Assembly: GCA_000934665.2 (NCBI GenBank) | Contig: KZ538513.1 | Location: forward strand, 1 to 64,000 | DNA length: 64,000 bases | Source: Catajapyx aquilonaris | Lineage: Eukaryota | Direction of reading: 5' to 3' | Shown here: positions 25,502 to 39,521 of the stretch, piece by piece | Numbering within the stretch: position 1 is the first letter of the stretch | Layout of the letters: the number at the start of each line of letters is the position of its first letter | Notes under the pieces: model-generated | Databases searched by the model: none | What the model saw: only the letters and a program-made list of their open reading frames with translations | What the model was told of the DNA's origin: nothing | Made by a program: the position numbers and the translations under genes

Positions 25502-27370
25502 CTACCTCCTCCTCCTGTCCTTGGTGTGTGCTGTACCACCACCCTCGCTATCCACTAGAGTGTTTGCGTCCTTCAGAACCCTGGTCAGTTCGACCAGGCT
25601 GGCGTCTATTGCGCCTATTTGACCCGGAGTGTCTTCGATAGAGATGGTCGGTGGGTTGCCCATCTGTTTGCAGGTCAAGAGGTACAGGTTGTGGGTCGCA
25701 ACCTTTATCTGGCCTGGATTTGAAAGGGTCAATTAGTATGTTTGGATGCATTTGACTGGATTTTTTCCATACCTAGCATTAGAGTCTTTTGGGCAGCGGT
25801 GGCCTTGATGTGCGATACGATTGACTCCAGCTTGGCCGTCTCGGCCTGAGTCTTGTCCAGCTCCGACTGAAGTCTGGAGAGCTCGTTGCCATGAAGGAGT
25901 CTCGCGGTGGATTCCTCCTGAATCATCTGTGACAGCCCGGAGCGATTCTCGTCCACGGCCTCATACACAGCACTTGCTCGCTCCATCAGAAGATCGTGCG
26001 TCATTATCAGGATGACGTAGCGATCGATTATTTCCCTGATCTCATGAAATGTGTTTGATGCCTCGACAGCCTTGTTCAAGAAGGACTGGGGGGCAGGAGA
26101 AGTGCGGAATTAAATCTCAATTGAACTGAATGATGCACCGCAATTTTACCTCATAGATGCTGTACATTTCCACTTTGTTCTCGAGTATAGCCTCGATATC
26201 CTCAAGCTGGCTGATCTCATTGTGAAGTCGCTGAATGTCGATGTCCTTCATCTGCTGAAGCTCTCGTTCCTCGCCCGCTTTCTTCTCAGCACGTTCGCGC
26301 TTAACCTCATTTTCCTGTAATGCGGCCAAGTTAGTTCCAAACTTCTACTCCGCATGACTATAGCGTACCTTTAGGAACTTGTCGAACTTGGAAATGTTAT
26401 CTCGGAATAGGATCTCCTTCGTGTCCAGGTCGTTCCATCGCGCCTCCAGGTCCGCCTTCTTCTGCTGGTAGAAGATCCGCTTTTGACGGAGGTTCCTCTC
26501 TATCTCCTGCAGCTCCTTCTGCTTGGTCAGCAGCAGGGAGATGGGCGTCACGTACACTTTGTCCCATCGTGGGAGCTGACTGGATGTTGAACAAGAGATG
26601 ATGAAGTCGAAACAATGCGGATTAAAGTTAATTATTGGCTAGTGTGTCAATTTGAGACATTATTTGTAATAAAATAATTTTATTTAACAATGCCTGAATG
26701 GATTATTAGGAATTTTATTTACATTTTAATTTTAATTTGTAATTATACGGTTCATGATTTACATATTTTTATTTGTTATATATTATAAAAATATGTAAAT
26801 GCACGTGTAATGCCTCATTTGTAATCATTACAAATTAAAATTGATATAAAAATGTAAATAAAATGAATACTAATCATTAAGCCAGATAGTTACTTATATT
26901 ATTCCTAAAACTATTAATTGCATCATTTCACGTCACCATAACGATAAAACAATTATGAAGTTTTTCCAGCCAGAAATAATGGACCGTACTGCAACATATA
27001 ATTGTACTTTATGATGCCAAAAAATTAATTGCATGCTAATAATTAATTTCTCACAAAATATCAGCAAATTTGTCTTGCGGTATCCTCAAATCAATACTTG
27101 AACCGTTTGATCAATAACCTGTGCTTATGAATTATATATTTTTTAACATGCAACGACAGACTTAAAGTGGTACAAACGGTATTAAAAAGTGGCTCACACT
27201 CACTTTAATCTACAACAATGGAAAACGTGACTTGTCGAATGTGAGCTACAATTTTTTCAATTAAAACGTGTAATTTATATGTGTACATCCAACGAGTGAT
27301 ATGCTTACACTGCCAACCGCTCCTCGAATTTCCTCTGGAAGTAGTCCTCGATCGGTTTGTTAAAAGACAT
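25502..27370 (-). CDS. CCDC42: CCDC42/CFAP73-family coiled-coil ciliary/flagellar protein
   Basis: Exon 1 MSFNKPIEDYFQRKFEERLAV, then QLPRWDKVYVTPISLLLTKQKEL, FDKFLK|ENEVKRERAEKKA, FHEIREIIDRY and AAQKTLMLG|QIKVATHNLY. The 3' end could extend to an extra exon near 25165-25310. Confidence 0.8.
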
Positions 27371-28012
27371 TGCTCTGTGCTTAAAAATATGTACTGATTA
27401 ATAAGTATAAAATCCTTCGATTGCAAATAGTAAACAAAAGTTGTTTACATTTGGCGCCCCAGACTTTCATTTGTTTTCGAAAGGGCGTGGCTAAAGACGT
27501 TGACGATAATCTATCAATATGCATCAATATTTTTTAAAAATTATTATTCGGCCCCATTTTTATGTTTAAATTATAATGTCGTTTTGTGCTATTTGTTATA
27601 CACAACCGTTGGTTTGGTGGGTGCGGGTGGTATCGGCGGCCATGTTTGATGCAGTTCGAACAAGATGGCCATTTCGCATTTTGATCGTTTCCGTTCTTTT
27701 TCCGTGTTTATCGTCGAGTTGTAAGGGACACCATCCCGAGTCTCGGTCGGAAGGTGAGTTGCCGGCATGCCCTCTGAACGGTGCATCCAAAAAAAGAAAA
27801 AGGATCAGTTGGAACCACTACCAGAGGAGGAGGAGGAAGCAGAGAGTTGTTTGCATTGCAGACCTTCAGTGTCCTTCACACATTTTGTTGAGCCCCCCCC
27901 ACTCTACTTCCCCTCTTATTTACATAATGATTTCTCAACAGATGAACATGTTAGCAAGTACATTTTTATATTGAGGTTTTTCCCCCCCTCTTCCCAGGGT
28001 TCGGTGCTGAGA

Positions 28013-31000
28013 ATGGCGAAGGATGAGAAGGAGCACGAGGAAGGCCTGCCGGACAAGACTGCAGCGAAGGAGTTTTATGCCAAATATGAACCCAAAGAAA
28101 TACTTGGAAGGTAAACCAGGCTTATTTGAGACGGGGGAAAAAAAAGGAACCAATCATTAATATTCACTATTTTAGGGAGATGAAGTGGCGTCGCGGTAAC
28201 GCGTGCGCCCACGGATATGAAGGTCCCGGGTTCAATCCCCACCTGGGGTTCCCACCTTTATCCGTGCAGAGTTGGGCCTTCTCTGGCTTCATTTCGGGTG
28301 GCAATTTCCGACAGACTAAGCCACCCGGGGGAGTTCACAAAATGACCGTTCGAGACATTGCACTTGCACTTTGCACATCCCCTCCCACCCACCCTTGGAG
28401 TACACTAATAAGATCCATCTGAACATGCTCCAAAAATAAATCCCAATGGTCGTAATCCAACCCCCCTAAGGAGTAGATAACTCCCCCCAATGGGGTAATG
28501 GAAAAATAATAAAAAATATATAAAAAAAATATTCACTATTTTAAAAAAAAAGTGCATGAAGGATCCGAGATACTGGAAAATTCAGTCATTATTATTTCCA
28601 TGATAACAGAATCTGCACATTTAAAATAATGCAAAGTTTGTCCAAGTTTTCCATGGCAACGAGTTGTCATGAATATGGGGTCAGGGAGCATATACTACGT
28701 AAGAGGCGCAAACTTCTGTCGGCGCCTTTGATGTTCGCGTGTCTCTGTTTAGGCCGTTGCCAAGGCTGGCGGCCATTTTGAAGTGTGTGGAACGCCAACG
28801 AGGTATAAATAGGGTACAGGAAAAAATAGGGTCCGCCATCTTTGATGGTTTTGGCTGCCATGACAATACACGCCAAGAACACGCGCGAATTTGAATTCGA
28901 TATTGGAACAGGTAAGTAAACATGCAAAATTCAATTAAAAAAGGAAGTTATGCCGTGTATTGCCATGGCAGCCAAAACCATCAAAGATGGCGGACCCTAT
29001 TTTTGCCTGTACCCTATTTATACCTCGTTGGCGTTCCACACACTTCAAAATGGCTGCCAGCCTTGGCAACGGCCCAAACAGAGAGACGCGAAAATCGAAT
29101 GTTTGCGCCTCTTATGTAGTATATGCTCCCTGATGGCGTGAAGAACGTCTGCTCATTCTACATATTTTTATAGCAGGCAAATTTGTTTGTTTGTCCAAGT
29201 TTGCCTTGGCGACAGATGTCCATGGCAACTCGCTGCCATGTAAACTGGGGATGTGAAGAACGGGCTCCGCTGCTAGTCTTATTCACTGCCCATTTTTTTC
29301 CAGGGGAGTGAGTTCAGTTGTGCGTCGATGTATCGAGAAGGAGACTGGGAGGGAGTACGCAGCGAAGATCATCGACCTTAGCAACGATCCGGAGGATCCG
29401 GATGGCGCGGGGATGAGGGAGACGACCAAGAGGGAGATACAGATCCTCAGATTAGTTGCTGGCCATCCGTACATAAGTATGTGATTCGCATTCGTGTGGT
29501 TTTTTTAATACTTTCCGGATGTCAGTAGGCTTCCTTGCTTATCCGATTGTGTTGTTGAAAATTTATTTTAATATGTGTAAATAATTTGCGCCCTAAAGAA
29601 CAGGTTGTAGAGTTTGTTTTTGATGTGGCACCATGCAGTTATCAGCCGTAATGGAACATAAACAAGTGCGATTGTATATTGCCTAAGTTCTGCTTGTGTT
29701 ATCAGTAGCAATCAACAAATAGTAAATATGAAAGCACATCAGTCTGTGGTGATTATTTGAAGCGAGCTTAACGTATCAGGAGAGGAAACGATCCTTCAAA
29801 GGCTTTTAATTCATTTTGTATTTTTAAAACCGGGAACAGTGATTTACTCCGTATTGTATGAGTCACAATTCCCAAACTGTTGTCCCCAATAAATTAATTG
29901 AATTGCTGTGCCCTTATTTAAATCAGCAATTTTGTTTCCCCCTTACAGTTGAGCTGCACGATGTGTTTGAGTCCAGCACCTTCATTTTCCTGGTTTTTGA
30001 GCTCTGCAAGAATGGCGAGCTCTTTGATTACCTCACAAGTGTGGTCACTATGTCAGAAAAAAAGACAAAGTAAGTGTTTAGATTGTAATCATAAATGCTC
30101 GTAATTATCAGTATTGTTACGGGAGAAATTAGAAGACGGATTCTTACAAAGAGGCTTCTATTTTGAGAGCCCTGTATTGCCCTGTATATCTCTTTATTTA
30201 AATTTCATATCTTCTTTTAAAGACATTTTATGGAGCAACTGATGGAAGCCCTGCAGCACGTTCACAGCAAAAACATAGTCCACAGAGACTTAAAGCCAGA
30301 GAACATTCTTCTTGATGACAACTACAACATCAAACTCACTGACTTTGGATTTGCAAGGATGCTGGAACCTGATGAGAAGCTCTTTGGTAAGTCTTGGACG
30401 TGAACAGATTAAAAAAAAAAAAAAATTAATCTGAGTAACCATAACTTAAAAACGTATGCAGATAAAGATACATAACTCTGCCAGTGTTATGAATGGGTCA
30501 TTCCACATGAAAAGGGACATTTTGGTTAAAAGTTAAAGTTTTAAAAGCAAAATTTTTTGCCTTCTCATTTTAAACTTTAATAGTTTTGAATTTTATGTGT
30601 TGCACAAAAGAAATCTGGAAAAAAAAAAAAATTTGATCAGTGCTTTACAAGTCCTGAAAGGAAGTGCAAGTTGTGCTGAACAATCACGAACATCACGACA
30701 TGAATTGCTTACGTCAGTTATGATGATGTTGTCTTGTAAATGGGTGACCTGTGACTGATTGGAAAACTGAGGTTTTTGTGTCTCGTCCGTTACCCAAGAA
30801 TTAACAAATGTCCTTTTTAGAAGCTGTTACGTACTGAATTTGTGACAACAATTTTTCTTGGGGTCTGAAAAGTCATGATTTGCATCACACATGTACAAAA
30901 ATTTAGTTTCAAGGTTAAGTTTTCAACCAAAATGGGTAACTGTACCAAGTACTGGCCATCTTGTGCCCCTGGCAGGCATGCTACGTAGCATCGTGTGATG

Positions 31001-34000
31001 ATTTTAGTTCATTGCGAGCGTGAGCGAGCTGGGCGCTCATTGTGGGTTGTGTATCCGCAACATGTACTCTCCGTCTTGTGGTCCCGCAGGCCAATGAATG
31101 TTAGTGTGGCTTTGCCAATCAGTCCCACATCAGGAATTAATTCTACAATCCGCACACCAGGCCACCAAGTAAAAACCAGGAAATATGTCTGGACTCCACA
31201 GCAACTAATCTGCAGATCGTACAGTAACCCGGCGGCAAAGTAAGAGTTAAACCCATTTATCTATGTAGGCCTAGTAAAGACATTAACATCAGCCCAGCAT
31301 CAGCCACAGTTAAGCACTTGAACGGTTTGCACCGCGAGCCATGCTGAAGCCCCACTCCCCCTTTTAAACTTTTTCTCATCGAAAAAAAGTCTTCTTGAGC
31401 GGCTCCATCCGTCTGTCAATTCGTGGACAGTTATGAGGGCCTAAATCACAGGAGATAGCAACAAACGGTTTTCGTATCCCAATTAAGCGTAATCAAAATA
31501 GGTCTTATGGCCAACTTCCGGTTTTCCGGGTTCACCCTTTCTTTTCCTTTTCCCGGACTGCATGCGTGGATCAATCTTCGACCATAATTATACACTAAGG
31601 ATTCTCCAAATTCTTAAGTCATCTTTATGTCGGATGGCAGTTATTTTTTGTAGGTTGTTGTGTCCAGGTTTCCTATTACTCCCAGGAGGTCGAGTGAAGC
31701 AGTTGCTATAGGATGGGGTACGTGGTTTATTAGGCACACAACAAGCTACAAAATATAACTGCTATCCAATGATATCAGTTATAATAAAACGACAGACGAA
31801 TTTGGAATACCCTGCTGTATACCCAAGGTTATGGAAATGGCATGTATTACCCGAGGACAAATATGACCTGTCTGTTACCGATGCTTTGTCCTACATTAAT
31901 TTTTATTCTACCAATCACATGACTACAGCTTAATTTTGGAATGACCCTATTTTGTTGATATGTTACACTTCTATAATACAACACTGAAAAAATGTTATTT
32001 CTGAGATGGTCAGGAGAACAGAGATTTGCTATCATGTGTGCTACCTCTCAAATTTATGTCAATTTCCTGTCCCGTCTGTTACGAGGGGATGTGCAAGGTG
32101 CAAGTGCAATGTCTGTAACGGTACATTTTGTGAACTCCCCCGGGTGGATTAGTCTGCGGAGATTCCACCCGAAACGATACCAGAGGTGACCCTGAACTCT
32201 GCACGAGATGGAGGGGGGAATCCCGGGCTGGGATCGAACCCGGGACCTTAACAACCATGGGCGCATACGTTTCCGCAGCGCCACTTTGTCTCCCCACACC
32301 ATGGCTATGTTGCTGTTGCAATGTTATGTCATGTTCAAAAACGGTTTCATACCTACAGAATTTATATATTGAAAAAATTAAATTCAAAATTTTTGTGCCG
32401 TCTGTTATCGAGGAATTGCCCTAATAGCTGATTGATAGTTCATTGATAATAGATCCAAGTTCAACTTCACGAGAACCTACTTATCAATAAGTTGTGTTGT
32501 GTTGGGTACCATCTTAAAAGATCAGTAATTACTTTAATTACTGGAGTGAGTGGCACCAACAAATGCAAAATGCCACCTGTATGATAACAAGTATAGAAGA
32601 CGATGGTGATTTCGTCGTCACCATTAAAACATAATCTGGGTAATCTGACGCGTTTTATCTCACCCCTTTATCTTCTGATTAACAGTGACACAGAGGGCTT
32701 CATTACCAAGGGAAGTCATCACCGGAGAGATATTAATGTCAATTTCGAGCCACCTATTGCAACAAGTGCGTTTGTTAATGCCCTTGTTTACTAATAAGTA
32801 GTATGCTAGCTATCTTTGTATGCGGATATGATTGGATGGCAAGGAAACACAACAGGTCTATTTTTGGCTGATATTCTGGTCACAGGTCACCTTTAAAATA
32901 GTGTCGCCTGCTTAATTTTGTGCCATTTGGAATAATAACAGTGTGTTGCAATTGACAGCATGACTTGCTTTGATGACGTGTATTTTTCTTCCTAAAATCT
33001 TACAACCGACACGTGCATTGGGGATGATTAGAGACGTGTGGGACTCCAGGTTATCTGGCTCCGGAGCTGTTACGTTCCGCCATGTTTGAAGGGGAGGAAG
33101 GATACAACAAGGAAGTTGACATGTGAGTTGAACGAGACTTTGGATGCAAAATATTATATCCTAATTCCATGATGTAATCTGCCAGTAATGACAGTAAGTA
33201 GTCTGTGGGCAGTTTTTTTGCAATGACGTCTAGGTCAATGACATGTGCTATTTAAAACTGATGTTTTGCATTGCGTTTCAGTTGGGCCTGCGGAGTCATC
33301 ATGTTCACACTGTAAGTACACTGCCGTCATGTGTGGAAGTGTTTGTAACGCAGTCTTCATTTTCACAGTTTGGTTGGGTGCCCACCGTTTTGGCACCGAA
33401 AGCAAATGATCATGTTGAGGAACATCATGGAAGGTACCTACTCCTTTTCATCTCCTGAGTGGGCAGACATCACAGGTACGTTGAGATGAAGCTTCATGTA
33501 TAACGATACTTACATGTTGACTTTGCAGATGTGCCAAAGGATCTCATTCGCAAACTCCTAGTTGTGGATCCAAAGAGTAGGGTTTCTCTGCGGGATGCTC
33601 TGATCCATCCATTTTTCCATGGTCTGGTAAGTTGTTTTGAAACATTTTCATATGTTCCGTAGAAGTGTTTTATGTATCTTAAGAATTGTTCACGTACTTG
33701 TGCAAGAAGCCTATTTTTTTGCCCCATGTAATGTACATTACGACTAAACTGTATTTTCCCTTTGATCCTTTTTGGCGCAGGATCGGACAGGGCTGTTTGA
33801 GGTAATGTTTTTGTCGAACATAAGAACTCAACCTGCGCTTTTATTCATTTCCGTACACTTAGACTTCATCCTTTAGTTGCACTCGTACTTCGTGGTGGTG
33901 GTGTCACATCTCTATTTGCACTTGGGAATTTCCAGCAATGCTTGTAGCATGCTGTGAAAGAGGACTTGTTTGGTTAAAGGGTCTAAATGGAGCATTCATT

Positions 34001-34586
34001 AATTAAGTAAATCATGTGTGTTTGATTTTAATCTTATTTTTTTTTTAAACTTTGATCTGTGGTATGTTGTGAGTGACAGATGTATGCCTGTGTATTAATG
34101 CATGCAGTTTCATATTCTGTACAGTAGTCGTGTTACAAATTCCTCTTTCATGGCTGCTCTTTCTTCAACGACACCTGCTGTAAATGTAATTCACGCATCA
34201 TCCTCACAGGAGACGGTAACTCATGCGTTTGATGCCAAGCGAACATTCAAGCACGCCATCCTTTGTGTGAGGGCGATGGTCAGGATACAGAGGTTGAAGT
34301 ACACACCGGCACCTTTGTCAATGGAAATGGCGCAGACTGACCCATACAGAGTCAAGCAGTTTAGAAAGGTCAGGTTAGCTATTACACCCATGTTCTGCCA
34401 TAATTAATCTGCAGTGATTAACTTGAATAAAATTGTGCATTTTCTTTCTAGGCCATTGACGCCTGTGCATTTCGAGTTTACGGCCACTGGGTCAAGAAGG
34501 AAGAGGGTCAAAACCGAGCCGCTCTATTCGAGAACATGCCCAAAATCGAAGCAAAGCAGGTATACCTTGCAACACTGAACAGATAG
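28013..34586 (+). CDS. PHKG: Phosphorylase b kinase gamma catalytic subunit
   Basis: [69 protein letters not shown] and C-terminal [24 protein letters not shown] 5'UTR exon probably ends at ~27753. Confidence 0.95.
28175..28527 (+). mobile_element. tRNA-derived SINE, type B, full length
   Basis: GGTCCCGGGTTCAATCCC B box and A-rich tail, with a perfect 16-bp TSD AATATTCACTATTTTA (28159-28174 and 28528-28543). Second copy at 32084-32298. Confidence 0.85.
28682..29132. mobile_element. Foldback MITE with ~190-bp inverted arms
   Basis: Ends CAGGGAGCATATACTAC / GTAGTATATGCTCCCTG, with near-identical arms. Flanks ATGGGGT / ATGGCGT may be a 7-bp TSD with one mismatch. Confidence 0.8.
32084..32298 (-). 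mobile_element. tRNA-derived SINE, type B (partial)
   Basis: Reverse complement aligns with 28175-28385 (CCGGGGGAGTTCACAAAATG...GACATTGCACTTGCAC). Confidence 0.8.
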
Positions 34587-36205
34587 ACACATTTATACGA
34601 TTATTATTATTTGCAATGGTAGTGAAAATTATAGCAGCGTGTGTATTTATTTATTTTATAAATCAATTTGCAGAAGTTAATGTTAATTTCATGTGCAATT
34701 GGAAATTTCTCTCATTGGAAATCAATGCTTCTGCGCGTATTTGTCGTGCAACAGGAGAGTTGCATTGTTGTTGTCGGAACCAGTCCAAAAGACATGGCCT
34801 GTTTTTCTTGTCTGCGTTAGTGTCCTGTGTTGCTTAGGGGCCTTGTCGCAATTACAGTATTGGATAGTTTTAGTTTTATTCCAGAATTTTACGAACTGTT
34901 GCTAACTTTTAAAGTTTTAATGAGCTGAATTGTATTAAAGATGGTGATATGACCTTTGGTCAAAGACAGAATAAATTATGACGACTAAAGCCCTTAGTCA
35001 TTTTCGATGGATTCCCAGTTGTCAAGTTCCAGTTGACTTTACATAACGTTCTTTTACTTACATGCGCACAGAAGTACATGAAATGCAAGCGGTAAGTCGA
35101 GATGTTTCCCGAAATTGCATGGTTTGCGGTGCAGGATGATTCTAATGTAACATCTTCTGACAGGGAATCTAGGTGCCCTGCACCTCATCATTTTACAATC
35201 ATCTTTCGGCAGACCCTTGCATGATAACATCTTCCAAACTAATTTAGAATAAGTGCTTTGAAATCAACATTCACGCAAAGTTTTAGTCATTTTGTCGTAC
35301 CATGCACAATGACTGCAACTAATTGATCTTTCGATATTCCAGAGGCTCCTAAGGGAAAGGCGGCGCACCACCACCACCACCACCACACCCATAAGCAGAG
35401 AGGTGCCACGAACAACCCGACGACTTTCTCGGGAAAGTTCGACAGAATAGGGAGTACATTTAAAAAAACAGGTAATGGCTCTACACACCAACACTGCTCC
35501 ACCTGAACCGATCGGTAACTCACCAGAGCAACAATCGCTGCAATTATTGTTCCGGCTGGTAACCCATAGGTTAACTCAGAATTGTTGGTGCACTGTCGCC
35601 AGAGTGAAGCCTTTTACAAACCTAGACGCAAGGTCATGCTACTTAACATGTTAGATGAATGTACAGTAACATGTAACTGCCAGTCTACCATGTTAACATA
35701 CGCCCAGTATTAATGCAATTAATCCAGAATCGTCGGTGTACACCAGCCGAAGAATTGTAATATATTTTGCTGCTTTGAGTCTCAGAGCTATGTATTTTTA
35801 CACCTGACATTAGCAAGATGTGAAAGTGCATGTAGCGAGGCTTTAACCTCAATTGCAGGTTAAATTTTTATTTTGAAATGCAGTTCAATCTAGTCCGTAA
35901 TAATTACAAATGGTTATAAAATTGTCCCCAAATGTTTATTAACAATAAAAATGTTACAAAAGTGAGTACTGTACGCCAATAGTAATTGAAGTGTTTTACC
36001 GATGCGTCCTTCCACATGGTCTGTACTGAGGGGTTATTCACGAAGGGTAGTCTGTGTACACCTTGGAAGTCCAAGGGTAGTCCAAGGGTAATCCTGGTTA
36101 GTCTAGGGCAGGGTTTCTCAACCAGAGTTCTGCCACAAATAGTGGTGAATAGTCTAATCATAATTATGTAAATGTATTTTTGAGTCATTACCATTGGAGG
36201 TATAA

Positions 36206-36375
36206 AGGCGCATACACACAGGCAGTCGACGGTTTTGGTCTTTGGTCGCGTTGACGCCACGGACCAATCAACAAGGGCAACACAAGTGTTGAGCTTGTTT
36301 ACATGAGACACGATTGGTACGCAGCGTCAACGCGACCAAAGACCAAAACCGTCGACCACCTGCGTGTATGGGGCT
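36206..36375. mobile_element. Palindromic MITE (Tourist-like)
   Basis: Inverted arms CATACAC...GTCGACGGTTTTGGTCTTTGGTCGCGTTGACGC, with TAA-like flanks. Confidence 0.7.
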
Positions 36376-36439
36376 TAATAATTTTTACGTACGGGTTCGC
36401 TGAGACATCGGTATTATTTTAAGTGTTCTGCAAGGGTAA

Positions 36440-36660
36440 AAAGGGTGGTCCAGGGTTAATCCAAGGGTAGAGGTAATCCAGAGTTCGTCTGGGGTAATCT
36501 CAGTTAGTCCAGGGTAGTCCAGGTTAGTCTTTGAGTAATCCAAGGATTGAGGTAATCCAAGGTTAGCCTGGGGTAGCCTCATTAGTTACTCCAGGGCAGT
36601 CTGAGGTAGTCCAAGCTCATTCTGAGTGGATCTGGGTTAGTCCAGGGTAGTCTGGGCTTA
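36440..36660. repeat. Degenerate GGGTAGTCCA-type short tandem repeat
   Basis: Repeated ccagggtagt/ccaagggtaat units, related to 36026-36110 and 40787-41400. Confidence 0.6.
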
Positions 36661-39521
36661 AGGCCGGTACCCACGTAAAAGATTTCTCGCACACGAGGAG
36701 CCCGGATCCGAGAAACGAAGTAGAAAATTTGCATCTTTAATCCCCTTTCCGATGGACCAACAAAAAGTCTGTCTCGCTGGACAAGATTCCTTGCTCAAGA
36801 GGACTCGTGACCGAGAGACTTATATGTCGATTACCGGCCTTCTGGGTCATTGTAGATTTATAGGTTATTCACTTGATACTATAGCGAGTACTAGAGTGTA
36901 CAATGGACTTCATCCCCGGTGTACTGTCCCTCATAAGTGACTAACCCCAGTTCGTGTACGTAAGACATGTACATGAATAACCCCTGGGTGCAGAACTGAA
37001 CACCCGAGGGGGTAACCACGTAGTGGAACCGGTGTACACCGGGTATACACCGGGAACTGGATGTAGTACACATTTTTAGGGAGTGGTTACCCCCTTGAGT
37101 AGTACACCCCCCATAATTTCCAGCGCACAATATTTTCCCCCATTTGTACGTCCCTGGCCGCCTCCTCATGTGCATCCCATTCATTCCCCCCTCCAGCCAA
37201 TCCCAAACCCATTATCCTCACTCCGGGGCCCCAACGTGGCCAGTGGCCCCTGAGCGAGCGCCTCCGTGTATTTGGCAACACCGCCAACATCCATGCGGCG
37301 GAGAAGGAGTGTGATGATGGGGGGTGAGTGGTGCACAGTATGTGTGTCGTGTGCGAGCCTGGCAAGGACCGGACCTCGCTGGTGCTAGGACCAGGATTTA
37401 AAGAAAGGTACGGGCGCTTTGGGTTTGCCGTGATTATAATTCATGGGGTGTGGTTAGGTGGGTGGGTGGGTGGACAGCCGCCTTTTGCTGCAGTACACGC
37501 CCTGTGATCGTTACGTCAGCGGTGTTGCCACGTGGTGCACAATGCCACGTGAGCCCGTGCATGTGCTGTCTGTCGCCACATTTGGCAACCGCGCGTCATG
37601 TGCCGGCCTCTGATTGGCAGCCTTCCCGAAGCCTGCGGGCCATGTGCATTGGACCTCACCCTGTACTTTTTTTTCTTTTTTTTTCGGGGTGTGATTATTT
37701 GAGGGGGGGAGGCTTTTTGGGTGCGGGGGGGGGGTCGTGTCCTGGGATAGGTGTTGTTGGTGTGTGCAGTGGGGGGGGTGACTGTGCACTTTAGGTTGCA
37801 ACCAGGGGCGAGATTACGCCTTTTTTTATTTATTATTTTGACTCGGAGTGTGGTGGGTGGGGTTGAGGAGGCCAATGTGACCCGGGGGTGCCAAGCACCT
37901 TTTTTTGTGTGACAGGTGGTGATGGGTGACCCACGAGGTGGGGCCGGTACTGGATGGCACCGGTGCAATGTGGAAGCTTATGTAAGTATAGTGCAAAGAG
38001 GTGCACATGACTTGTGTCAAAATATAGTACTGCATGTTAAGTCATGTATGCACCAAGACATGAATGACTCACCAATGTACTACATACATTGTTGACTCAA
38101 AAATGGCATATTTTGAATCTCGGTGTAACTACGCCCGGACAATGGGCACCGAGTAGTTACACCGAGACTGAAGTCGTGCAAGAGGTTCAATCAATGATGC
38201 AACCGGTACGTACCACTGGTTGTATGTACCACCTGGTGTTACTCTTAAGGCTAACGTTCCTTGTTTCCAGGATATGGCGTGGTAATTGCGGATAACTCAG
38301 CATGTGTATCCATTGTGTTTTTATTCATGCATCAGGCCTGTTTCGCAAGTGATGCCCAGTGTTGCAGGTTCATTATTGCAAGTTGGTACATACCGTCGGA
38401 CTACGCTGACATGTGGCAGCCCGTTGCGTAACGGGGGGGTGTCAGAGGGTGGGGGGAAAGTGAAATGCACCGGTGAACTATTGATCAGTCTTACTTTGAA
38501 AGAAGGAAAAAGTTCAACTGTGTGTCACACCTTCAGCTGAATACATTGTGTCGTGCTCATGTTGAGTGACGTGCTGGCAGGTTGGACTACATTACAGGTT
38601 GGGGAGTGAGTGCAACGATGCCCAATTATTACGCAGCCGCGAAGAAGCGCTTGACATTGAACCACCGCAATGATAGCCAAAGCGACATTATCAAGTTACC
38701 AGCCGCATATGGGCTACCTTGTTAACTATTTGTATGCACGTAACTACATGTAACCCATGCATTTCAACTATTAAAGCTTATCATTAAATTGGTTAAATTT
38801 ACATTTTAAAATTTATTGCATCTTTAAATGTTACAGTATCAGCCACAAGCGCATCCAACCTAATATTAGCAATATTTGGTTGAATATAACATGCATACTA
38901 TTTTTTTTAAAGAAAAACTTAAAATACATTTTTAAAATGCTTCTACCTAATATTAGCAATATTTGGTTGAATGTAACATGCATATTTTCAATCATTTAAA
39001 AATATTAGCTACATGCAAAAAAAACACCTGCTGACAATATTTGGTTTAATGTGCATTATGTATAGCTAATATTTTCTTTAGGGTCAATATTTTCAAATTT
39101 TTGTGCATATCCGGCTGATGAGGGGCGTGGCCCATTGTTTTCAGGCGACGTGTCAATTTTCGCGAAATATTCGCGAAATCTTACACAATATGATGCAAAT
39201 TATTGCACGAGTGACAACAAATGACGTCATTTCAATCTGTATATATATTTTTTGTAGTATACGTACCACCCACTTTTTTAAAAAAAATTAGACACCCTGT
39301 ACTCTTGTATGCATATAGAACCGGTTGTATCCCCTGTGCTGAGTCATATTATATTTTTTTCATGATTTTTTTTCTTTCTTTCCCTTGTCAGACTTTTTCT
39401 GGCCCCGGATCGTATGGGGCGTGAGCAGCAGCGTCGTCCGGACTAGTTGTGCGCGCGCTGACCTCGCCCCGCCGCCAGCTCGCTTCGCTCTCCTACAAAG
39501 ACAAGCGACGCAAAAACAACA

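Noticed and set aside
35078..35500. Small spliced gene with a (CAC)n His/Thr run
   Set aside because: Splice-like signals exist, but I could not build a stop-free, phase-consistent model or recognise homology.
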